A stretch of 64,000 nucleotides of DNA. It comes from Auanema rhodensis (lineage: Eukaryota; Animalia; Nematoda). The notes under the pieces are model-generated. The model was not told the origin of the DNA. It ran no database searches and worked only from the letters and a program-made list of their open reading frames with translations. Positions within the stretch are counted from its first letter, which is position 1, and each line of letters starts with the position of its first letter. Below, in pieces: positions 1 through 11,672 of this stretch. The DNA is taken from the NCBI GenBank assembly GCA_964057225.1, contig OZ059899.1, forward strand, positions 21,204,001 through 21,268,000, written 5' to 3'. The position numbers and the translations under genes were made by a program.

Positions 1-351
1 GTACATGGAAACTCAACATACACTAATGCATCATTTTTCAAACGATCATAACTAAATTTTGTATTAAGCGTTTCTCAAAGTAGTATAGTGCATTCGATGC
101 GGATTTTCAAGCTGCGTCGATCTGTGTTATCAGATTTGCGCTAGCTTAAAAATGCACCGAGATATCAACTAATATAAGTTCACACTTATATTCTCGATTT
201 TCACCCTGAAGAATTAATTTTTTCGTTGAATAACATTGTCCATCGTCTTTGCCTTGAAAAAAGGAATCTAAAAACATCTACTTTTTGCTAAATTATTTTG
301 AAATTTTTCGAAAAAATTTTTGTCAAAATGTTTTTGGAAGCAATGTTGAGT
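1..351. repeat. Representative 351-bp monomer (phase arbitrary, set by window start)
   Basis: gtacatggaa...caatgttgagt; the next copy begins at 352. Confidence 0.98.
171..192. other. 9-bp inverted repeat with 4-nt loop (monomer positions 171-192)
   Basis: (a/g)atataagt-tcac-acttatat(t/c). Confidence 0.9.
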
Positions 352-370
352 GTACATGGAAACTCAACAT
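343..370. other. 9-bp inverted repeat with 10-nt spacer, spanning the arbitrary monomer junction
   Basis: atgttgagt-gtacatggaa-actcaacat. Confidence 0.9.
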
Positions 371-804
371 ACACTAATGCATCATTTTTCAAACGATCAT
401 AACTAATTTTTGTATTAAGCGTTTCTCAAAGTAGTATAGTGCATTCGATGCGGATTTTTAAGCTGCGTCGATCTGTGTTATCAGATTTACGCTAGCTTAA
501 AAATGCACCGAGATATCAACTAATATAAGTTCACACTTATATTCTCGATTTTCACCCTGAAGAATTAATTTTTTCGTTGAATAACATTGTCCATCGTCTT
601 TGCCTTGAAAAAAGGAATCTAAAAACATCTACTTTTTGCTAAATTATTTTGAAATTTTTTGAAAAAATTTTTGTCAAAATGTTTTTGGAAGCAATGTTGA
701 GTGTACATGGAAACTCAACATACACTAATGCATCATTTTTCAAACGATCATAACTAATTTTTGTATTAAGCGTTTCTCAAAGTAGTATAGTGCATTCGAT
801 GCGG

Positions 805-855
805 ATTTTTAAGCTGCGTCGATCTGTGTTATCAGATTTGCGCTAGCTTAAAAAT
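805..855. other. Long imperfect hairpin, present in every monomer (monomer positions 103-153)
   Basis: atttttaagct-gcg-tcg-atctg-[tgttat]-cagat-ttg-cgc-t-agcttaaaaat: 11-bp outer stem, gcg/cgc, 5-bp inner stem. Some variants add mismatches. Confidence 0.85.
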
Positions 856-996
856 GCACCGAGATATCAACTGATATAAGTTCACACTTATATCCTCGAT
901 TTTCACCCTGAAGAACTAATTTTTTCGTTGAATAACATTGTCCATCGTCTTTGCCTTGAAAAAAGCAATCTAAAAACATCTACTTTTTGCTAAATT

Positions 997-1026
997 ATTT
1001 TGAAATTTTTCGAAAAATTTCAAAAT
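997..1026. other. Perfect 30-bp palindrome (first of 12 copies, 352-bp monomers only)
   Basis: attttgaaatttttc|gaaaaatttcaaaat is its own reverse complement. Confidence 0.95.
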
Positions 1027-4000
1027 CAAAATGTTTTTGGAAGCAATGTTGAGTGTACATGGAAACTCAACATACACTAATGCATCATTTTTCAAACGAT
1101 CATAACTAATTTTTGTATTAAGCGTTTCTCAAAGTAGTATAGTGCATTCGATGCGGATTTTCAAGCTGCGTCGATCTGTGTTATCAGATTTGCGCTAGCT
1201 TGAAAATGCACCGAGATATCAACTAATATAAGTTCACACTTATATTCTCGATTTTCACCCTGAAGAATTAATTTTTTCGTTGAATAACATTGTCCATCGT
1301 CTTTGCCTTGAAAAAAGGAATCTAAAAACATCTACTTTTTGCTAAATTATTTTGAAATTTTTCGAAAAAATTTTTGTCAAAATGTTTTTGGAAGCAATGT
1401 TGAGTGTACATGGAAACTCAACGTACACTAATGCATCATTTTTCAAACGATCATAACTAATTTTTGTATTAAGCGTTTCTCAATGTAGTATAGTGCATTC
1501 GATGCGGATTTTTAAGCTGCGTCGATCTGTGTTATCAGATTTGCGCTAGCTTAAAAATGCACCGAGATATCAACTGATATAAGTTCACACTTATATCCTC
1601 GATTTTCACCCTGAAGAATTAATTTTTTCGTTGAATAACATTGTCCATCGTCTTTGCCTTGAAAAAAGGAATCTAAAAACATCTACTTTTTGCTAAATTA
1701 TTTTGAAATTTTTCGAAAAAATTTTTGTCAAAATGTTTTTGGAAGCAATGTTGAGTGTACATGGAAACTCAACGTACACTAATGCATCATTTTTCAAACG
1801 ATCATAACTAATTTTTGTATTAAGCGTTTCTCAATATAGTATAGTGCATTCGATGCGGATTTTTAAGCTGCGTCGATCTGTATTATTAGATTTGCGCTAG
1901 CTTAAAAATGCACCGAGATATCAACTGATATAAGTTCACACTTATATCCTCGATTTTCACCCTGAAGAATTAATTTTTTCGTTGAATAACATTGTCCATC
2001 GTCTTTGCCTTGAAAAAAGGAATCTAAAAACATCTACTTTTTGCTAAATTATTTTGAAATTTTTCGAAAAATTTCAAAATCAAAATGTTTTTGGAAGCAA
2101 TGTTGAGTGTACATGGAAACTCAACGTACACTAATGCATCATTTTTCAAACGATCATAACTAATTTTTGTATTAAGCGTTTCTCAAAGTAGTATAGTGCA
2201 TTCGATGCGGATTTTCAAGCTGCGGCGATCTGTGTTATCAGATTTGCGCTAGCTTAAAAATGCACCGAGATATCAACTGATATAAGTTCACACTTATATC
2301 CTCGATTTTCACCCTGAAGAATTAATTTTTTCGTTGAATAACATTGTCCATCGTCTTTGCCTTGAAAAAAGGAATTTAAAAACATCTACTTTTTGCTAAA
2401 TTATTTTGAAATTTTTCGAAAAATTTCAAAATCAAAATGTTTTTGGAAGCAATGTTGAGTGTTCATGGAAACTCAACGTACACTAATGCATCATTTTTCA
2501 AACGATCATAACTAATTTTTGTATTAAGCGTTTCTCAAAGTAGTATAGTGCATTCGATGCGGATTTTCAAGCTGCGTCGATCTGTGTTATCAGATTTGCG
2601 CTAGCTTAAAAATGCACCGAGATATCAACTGATATAAGTTCACACTTATATCCTCGATTTTCACCCTGAAGAACTAATTTTTTCGTTGAATAACATTGTC
2701 CATCGTCTTTGCCTTGAAAAAAGCAATCTAAAAACATCTACTTTTTGCTAAATTATTTTGAAATTTTTCGAAAAATTTCAAAATCAAAATGTTTTTGGAA
2801 GCAATGTTGAGTGTACATGGAAACTCAACATACACTAATGCATCATTTTTCAAACGATCATAACTAAATTTTGTATTAAGCGTTTCTCAAAGTAGTATAG
2901 TGCATTCGATGCGGATTTTCAAGCTGCGTCGATCTGTGTTATCAGATTTGCGCTAGCTTAAAAATGCACCGAGATATCAACTAATATAAGTTCACACTTA
3001 TATTCTCGATTTTCACCCTGAAGAATTAATTTTTTCGTTGAATAACATTGTCCATCGTCTTTGCCTTGAAAAAAGGAATCTAAAAACATCTACTTTTTGC
3101 TAAATTATTTTGAAATTTTTCGAAAAAATTTTTGTCAAAATGTTTTTGGAAGCAATGTTGAGTGTACATGGAAACTCAACGTACACTAATGCATCATTTT
3201 TCAAACGATCATAACTAATTTTTGTATTAAGCGTTTCTCAATGTAGTATAGTGCATTCGATGCGGATTTTTAAGCTGCGTCGATCTGTGTTATCAGATTT
3301 GCGCTAGCTTAAAAATGCACCAAGATATCAACTGATATAAGTTCACACTTATATCCTCGATTTTCACCCTGAAGAATTAATTTTTTCGTTGAATAACATT
3401 GTCCATCGTCTTTGCCTTGAAAAAAGGAATCTAAAAACATCTACTTTTTGCTAAATTATTTTGAAATTTTTCGAAAAAATTTTTGTCAAAATGTTTTTGG
3501 AAGCAATGTTGAGTGTACATGGAAACTCAACGTACACTAATGCATCATTTTTCAAACGATCATAACTAATTTTTGTATTAAGCGTTTCTCAATATAGTAT
3601 AGTGCATTCGATGCGGATTTTTAAGCTGCGTCGATCTGTATTATTAGATTTGCGCTAGCTTAAAAATGCACCGAGATATCAACTGATATAAGTTCACACT
3701 TATATCCTCGATTTTCACCCTGAAGAATTAATTTTTTCGTTGAATAACATTGTCCATCGTCTTTGCCTTGAAAAAAGGAATCTAAAAACATCTACTTTTT
3801 GCTAAATTATTTTGAAATTTTTCGAAAAATTTCAAAATCAAAATGTTTTTGGAAGCAATGTTGAGTGTACATGGAAACTCAACATACACTAATGCATCAT
3901 TTTTCAAACGATCATAACTAATTTTTGTATTAAGCGTTTCTCAAAGTAGTATAGTGCATTCGATGCGGATTTTCAAGCTGCGTCGATCTGTGTTATCAGA

Positions 4001-6692
4001 TTTGCGCTAGCTTAAAAATGCACCGAGATATCAACTAATATAAGTTCACACTTATATTCTCGATTTTCACCCTGAAGAATTAATTTTTTCGTTGAATAAC
4101 ATTGTCCATCGTCTTTGCCTTGAAAAAAGGAATCTAAAAACTTCTACTTTTTGCTAAATTATTTTGAAATTTTTCGAAAAAATTTTTGTCAAAATGTTTT
4201 TGGAAGCAATGTTGAGTGTACATGGAAACTCAACGTACACTAATGCATCATTTTTCAAACGATCATAACTAATTTTTGTATTAAGCGTTTCTCAATGTAG
4301 TATAGTGCATTCGATGCGGATTTTTAAGCTGCGTCGATCTGTGTTATCAGATTTGCGCTAGCTTAAAAATGCACCGAGATATCAACTGATATAAGTTCAC
4401 ACTTATATCCTCGATTTTCACCCTGAAGAATTAATTTTTTCGTTGAATAACATTGTCCATCGTCTTTGCCTTGAAAAAAGGAATCTAAAAACATCTACTT
4501 TTTGCTAAATTATTTTGAAATTTTTCGAAAAAATTTTTGTCAAAATGTTTTTGGAAGCAATGTTGAGTGTACATGGAAACTCAACGTACACTAATGCATC
4601 ATTTTTCAAACGATCATAACTAATTTTTGTATTAAGCGTTTCTCAATATAGTATAGTGCATTCGATGCGGATTTTTAAGCTGCGTCGATCTGTATTATTA
4701 GATTTGCGCTAGCTTAAAAATGCACCGAGATATCAACTGATATAAGTTCACACTTATATCCTCGATTTTCACCCTGAAGAATTAATTTTTTCGTTGAATA
4801 ACATTGTCCATCGTCTTTGCCTTGAAAAAAGGAATCTAAAAACATCTACTTTTTGCTAAATTATTTTGAAATTTTTTGAAAAAATTTTTGTCAAAATGTT
4901 TTTGGAAGCAATGTTGAGTGTACATGGAAACTCAACATACACTAATGCATCATTTTTCAAACGATCATAACTAATTTTTGTATTAAGCGTTTCTCAAAGT
5001 AGTATAGTGCATTCGATGCGGATTTTTAAGCTGCGTCGATCTGTGTTATCAGATTTGCGCTAGCTTAAAAATGCACCGAGATATCAACTGATATAAGTTC
5101 ACACTTATATACTCGATTTTCACCCTGAAGAATTAATTTTTTCGTTGAATAACATTGTCCATCGTCTTTGCCTTGAAAAAAGGAATCTAAAAACATCTAC
5201 TTTTTGCTAAATTATTTTGAAATTTTTTGAAAAAATTTTTGTCAAAATGTTTTTGGAAGCAATGTTGACTGTACATGGAAACTCAACATACACTAATGCA
5301 TCATTTTTCAAACGATCATAACTAATTTTTGTATTAAGCGTTTCTCAAAGTAGTATAGTGCATTCGATGCGGATTTTCAAGCTGCGTCGATCTGTGTTAT
5401 CAGATTTGCGCTAGCTTAAAAATGCACCGAGATATCAACTAATATAAGTTCACACTTATATTCTCGATTTTCACCCTGAAGAATTAATTTTTTCGTTGAA
5501 TAACATTGTCCATCGTCTTTGCCTTGAAAAAAGGAATCTAAAAACATCTACTTTTTGCTAAATTATTTTGAAATTTTTCGAAAAAATTTTTGTCAAAATG
5601 TTTTTGGAAGCAATGTTGAGTGTACATGGAAACTCAACGTACACTAATGCATCATTTTTCAAACGATCATAACTAATTTTTGTATTAAGCGTTTCTCAAT
5701 GTAGTATAGTGCATTCGATGCGGATTTTTAAGCTGCGTCGATCTGTGTTATCAGATTTGCGCTAGCTTAAAAATGCACCGAGATATCAACTGATATAAGT
5801 TCACACTTATATCCTCGATTTTCACCCTGAAGAATTAATTTTTTCGTTGAATAACATTGTCCATCGTCTTTGCCTTGAAAAAAGGAATCTAAAAACATCT
5901 ACTTTTTGCTAAATTATTTTGAAATTTTTCGAAAAAATTTTTGTCAAAATGTTTTTGGAAGCAATGTTGAGTGTACATGGAAACTCAACGTACACTAATG
6001 CATCATTTTTCAAACGATCATAACTAATTTTTGTATTAAGCGTTTCTCAATATAGTATAGTGCATTCGATGCGGATTTTTAAGCTGCGTCGATCTGTATT
6101 ATTAGATTTGCGCTAGCTTAAAAATGCACCGAGATATCAACTGATATAAGTTCACACTTATATCCTCGATTTTCACCCTGAAGAATTAATTTTTTCGTTG
6201 AATAACATTGTCCATCGTCTTTGCCTTGAAAAAAGGAATCTAAAAACATCTACTTTTTGCTAAATTATTTTGAAATTTTTTGAAAAAATTTTTGTCAAAA
6301 TGTTTTTGGAAGCAATGTTGAGTGTACATGGAAACTCAACATACACTAATGCATCATTTTTCAAACGATCATAACTAATTTTTGTATTAAGCGTTTCTCA
6401 AAGTAGTATAGTGCATTCGATGCGGATTTTTAAGCTGCGTCGATCTGTGTTATCAGATTTGCGCTAGCTTAAAAATGCACCGAGATATCAACTGATATAA
6501 GTTCACACTTATATCCTCGATTTTCACCCTGAAGAATTAATTTTTTCGTTGAATAACATTGTCCATCGTCTTTGCCTTGAAAAAAGGAATCTAAAAACAT
6601 CTACTTTTTGCTAAATTATTTTGAAATTTTTCGAAAAAATTTTTGTCAAAATGTTTTTGGAAGCAATGTTGAGTGTACATGGAAACTCAACG

Positions 6693-9600
6693 TACACTAA
6701 TGCATCATTTTTCAAACGATCATAACTAATTTTTGTATTAAGCGTTTCTCAATATAGTATAGTGCATTCGATGCGGATTTTTAAGCTGCGTCGATCTGTA
6801 TTATTAGATTTGCGCTAGCTTAAAAATGCACCGAGATATCAACTGATATAAGTTCACACTTATATCCTCGATTTTCACCCTGAAGAATTAATTTTTTCGT
6901 TGAATAACATTGTCCATCGTCTTTGCCTTGAAAAAAGGAATCTAAAAACATCTACTTTTTGCTAAATTATTTTGAAATTTTTTGAAAAAATTTTTGTCAA
7001 AATGTTTTTGGAAGCAATGTTGAGTGTACATGGAAACTCAACATACACTAATGCATCATTTTTCAAACGATCATAACTAATTTTTGTATTAAGCGTTTCT
7101 CAAAGTAGTATAGTGCATTCGATGCGGATTTTTAAGCTGCGTCGATCTGTGTTATCAGATTTGCGCTAGCTTAAAAATGCACCGAGATATCAACTGATAT
7201 AAGTTCACACTTATATCCTCGATTTTCACCCTGAAGAATTAATTTTTTCGTTGAATAACATTGTCCATCGTCTCTGCCTTGAAAAAAGGAATCTAAAAAC
7301 ATCTACTTTTTGCTAAATTATTTTGAAATTTTTTGAAAAAATTTTTGTCAAAATGTTTTTGGAAGCAATGTTGACTGTACATGGAAACTCAACATACACT
7401 AATGCATCATTTTTCAAACGATCATAACTAATTTTTGTATTAAGCGTTTCTCAAAGTAGTATAGTGCATTCGATGCGGATTTTTAAGCTGCGTCGATCTG
7501 TGTTATCAGATTTGCGCTAGCTTAAAAATGCACCGAGATATCAACTGATATAAGTTCACACTTATATCCTCGATTTTCACCCTGAAGAATTAATTTTTTC
7601 GTTGAATAACATTGTCCATCGTCTTTGCCTTGAAAAAAGGAATTTAAAAACATCTACTTTTTGCTAAATTATTTTGAAATTTTTCGAAAAATTTCAAAAT
7701 CAAAATGTTTTTGGAAGCAATGTTGAGTGTACATGGAAACTCAACGTACACTAATGCATCATTTTTCAAACGATCATAACTAATTTTTGTATTAAGCGTT
7801 TCTCAAAGTAGTATAGTGCATTCGATGCGGATTTTCAAGCTGCGTCGATCTGTGTTATCAGATTTGCGCTAGCTTAAAAATGCACCGAGATATCAACTGA
7901 TATAAGTTCACACTTATATCCTCGATTTTCACCCTGAAGAACTAATTTTTTCGTTGAATAACATTGTCCATCGTCTTTGCCTTGAAAAAAGCAATCTAAA
8001 AACATCTACTTTTTGCTAAATTATTTTGAAATTTTTCGAAAAATTTCAAAATCAAAATGTTTTTGGAAGCAATGTTGAGTGTACATGGAAACTCAACATA
8101 CACTAATGCATCATTTTTCAAACGATCATAACTAATTTTTGTATTAAGCGTTTCTCAAAGTAGTATAGTGCATTCGATGCGGATTTTCAAGCTGCGTCGA
8201 TCTGTGTTATCAGATTTGCGCTAGCTTAAAAATGCACCGAGATATCAACTAATATAAGTTCACACTTATATTCTCGATTTTCACCCTGAAGAATTAATTT
8301 TTTCGTTGAATAACATTGTCCATCGTCTTTGCCTTGAAAAAAGGAATCTAAAAACATCTACTTTTTGCTAAATTATTTTGAAATTTTTCGAAAAAATTTT
8401 TGTCAAAATGTTTTTGGAAGCAATGTTGAGTGTACATGGAAACTCAACGTACACTAATGCATCATTTTTCAAACGATCATAACTAATTTTTGTATTAAGC
8501 GTTTCTCAATGTAGTATAGTGCATTCGATGCGGATTTTTAAGCTGCGTCGATCTGTGTTATCAGATTTGCGCTAGCTTAAAAATGCACCGAGATATCAAC
8601 TGATATAAGTTCACACTTATATCCTCGATTTTCACCCTGAAGAATTAATTTTTTCGTTGAATAACATTGTCCATCGTCTTTGCCTTGAAAAAAGGAATCT
8701 AAAAACATCTACTTTTTGCTAAATTATTTTGAAATTTTTCGAAAAAATTTTTGTCAAAATGTTTTTGGAAGCAATGTTGAGTGTACATGGAAACTCAACG
8801 TACACTAATGCATCATTTTTCAAACGATCATAACTAATTTTTGTATTAAGCGTTTCTCAATATAGTATAGTGCATTCAATGCGGATTTTTAAGCTGCGTC
8901 GATCTGTATTATTAGATTTGCGCTAGCTTAAAAATGCACCGAGATATCAACTGATATAAGTTCACACTTATATCCTCGATTTTCACCCTGAAGAATTAAT
9001 TTTTTCGTTGAATAACATTGTCCATCGTCTTTGCCTTGAAAAAAGGAATCTAAAAACATCTACTTTTTGCTAAATTATTTTGAAATTTTTCGAAAAATTT
9101 CAAAATCAAAATGTTTTTGGAAGCAATGTTGAGTGTACATGGAAACTCAACATACACTAATGCATCATTTTTCAAACGATCATAACTAATTTTTGTATTA
9201 AGCGTTTCTCAATATAGTATAGTGCATTCGATGCGGATTTTTAAGCTGCGTCGATCTGTATTATTAGATTTGCGCTAGCTTAAAAATGCACCGAGATATC
9301 AACTGATATAAGTTCACACTTATATCCTCGATTTTCACCCTGAAGAATTAATTTTTTCGTTGAATAACATTGTCCATCGTCTTTGCCTTGAAAAAAGGAA
9401 TCTAAAAACATCTACTTTTTGCTAAATTATTTTGAAATTTTTTGAAAAAATTTTTGTCAAAATGTTTTTGGAAGCAATGTTGAGTGTACATGGAAACTCA
9501 ACATACACTAATGCATCATTTTTCAAACGATCATAACTAATTTTTGTATTAAGCGTTTCTCAAAGTAGTATAGTGCATTCGATGCGGATTTTTAAGCTGC

Positions 9601-11672
9601 GTCGATCTGTGTTATCAGATTTGCGCTAGCTTAAAAATGCACCGAGATATCAACTGATATAAGTTCACACTTATATCCTCGATTTTCACCCTGAAGAATT
9701 AATTTTTTCGTTGAATAACATTGTCCATCGTCTCTGCCTTGAAAAAAGGAATCTAAAAACATCTACTTTTTGCTAAATTATTTTGAAATTTTTTGAAAAA
9801 ATTTTTGTCAAAATGTTTTTGGAAGCAATGTTGACTGTACATGGAAACTCAACATACACTAATGCATCATTTTTCAAACGATCATAACTAATTTTTGTAT
9901 TAAGCGTTTCTCAAAGTAGTATAGTGCATTCGATGCGGATTTTTAAGCTGCGTCGATCTGTGTTATCAGATTTGCGCTAGCTTAAAAATGCACCGAGATA
10001 TCAACTGATATAAGTTCACACTTATATCCTCGATTTTCACCCTGAAGAATTAATTTTTTCGTTGAATAACATTGTCCATCGTCTTTGCCTTGAAAAAAGG
10101 AATTTAAAAACATCTACTTTTTGCTAAATTATTTTGAAATTTTTCGAAAAATTTCAAAATCAAAATGTTTTTGGAAGCAATGTTGAGTGTACATGGAAAC
10201 TCAACGTACACTAATGCATCATTTTTCAAACGATCATAACTAATTTTTGTATTAAGCGTTTCTCAAAGTAGTATAGTGCATTCGATGCGGATTTTCAAGC
10301 TGCGTCGATCTGTGTTATCAGATTTGCGCTAGCTTAAAAATGCACCGAGATATCAACTGATATAAGTTCACACTTATATCCTCGATTTTCACCCTGAAGA
10401 ACTAATTTTTTCGTTGAATAACATTGTCCATCGTCTTTGCCTTGAAAAAAGCAATCTAAAAACATCTACTTTTTGCTAAATTATTTTGAAATTTTTCGAA
10501 AAATTTCAAAATCAAAATGTTTTTGGAAGCAATGTTGAGTGTACATGGAAACTCAACATACACTAATGCATCATTTTTCAAACGATCATAACTAATTTTT
10601 GTATTAAGCGTTTCTCAAAGTAGTATAGTGCATTCGATGCGGATTTTCAAGCTGCGTCGATCTGTGTTATCAGATTTGCGCTAGCTTAAAAATGCACCGA
10701 GATATCAACTAATATAAGTTCACACTTATATTCTCGATTTTCACCCTGAAGAATTAATTTTTTCGTTGAATAACATTGTCCATCGTCTTTGCCTTGAAAA
10801 AAGGAATCTAAAAACATCTACTTTTTGCTAAATTATTTTGAAATTTTTCGAAAAAATTTTTGTCAAAATGTTTTTGGAAGCAATGTTGAGTGTACATGGA
10901 AACTCAACGTACACTAATGCATCATTTTTCAAACGATCATAACTAATTTTTGTATTAAGCGTTTCTCAATGTAGTATAGTGCATTCGATGCGGATTTTTA
11001 AGCTGCGTCGATCTGTGTTATCAGATTTGCGCTAGCTTAAAAATGCACCGAGATATCAACTGATATAAGTTCACACTTATATCCTCGATTTTCACCCTGA
11101 AGAATTAATTTTTTCGTTGAATAACATTGTCCATCGTCTTTGCCTTGAAAAAAGGAATCTAAAAACATCTACTTTTTGCTAAATTATTTTGAAATTTTTC
11201 GAAAAAATTTTTGTCAAAATGTTTTTGGAAGCAATGTTGAGTGTACATGGAAACTCAACGTACACTAATGCATCATTTTTCAAACGATCATAACTAATTT
11301 TTGTATTAAGCGTTTCTCAATATAGTATAGTGCATTCAATGCGGATTTTTAAGCTGCGTCGATCTGTATTATTAGATTTGCGCTAGCTTAAAAATGCACC
11401 GAGATATCAACTGATATAAGTTCACACTTATATCCTCGATTTTCACCCTGAAGAATTAATTTTTTCGTTGAATAACATTGTCCATCGTCTTTGCCTTGAA
11501 AAAAGGAATCTAAAAACATCTACTTTTTGCTAAATTATTTTGAAATTTTTCGAAAAATTTCAAAATCAAAATGTTTTTGGAAGCAATGTTGAGTGTACAT
11601 GGAAACTCAACATACACTAATGCATCATTTTTCAAACGATCATAACTAATTTTTGTATTAAGCGTTTCTCAA
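6693..11672. repeat. Tandem duplication of a 7-monomer (2,460-bp) block
   Basis: Private variants tctctgcc (7271/9731) and gcattcaat (8871/11331) recur at exactly +2460, as does the pattern of 352-bp monomers. Confidence 0.9.

Noticed and set aside
171-200. Promoter (TATA-like tataag) or intrinsic terminator
   Set aside because: There is no associated gene, and such motifs are expected by chance at 69% AT.
221-237. CENP-B-box-like tttcgttgaa
   Set aside because: It matches only TTCG and the A of the NTTCGNNNNANNCGGGN core; the essential CGGG is absent.
1-351. 5S rRNA, tRNA, snRNA or spliced-leader tandem gene unit
   Set aside because: I recognise no 5S, tRNA, snRNA or SL sequence and no clear Pol III boxes; an Rfam/Infernal search would be needed to exclude this fully.
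1-351. Assignment to a known ~350-360-bp satellite (e.g. Drosophila 1.688/359-bp, tenebrionid beetle satellites)
   Set aside because: Only length and AT content are similar; I cannot recognise sequence homology without a database search.
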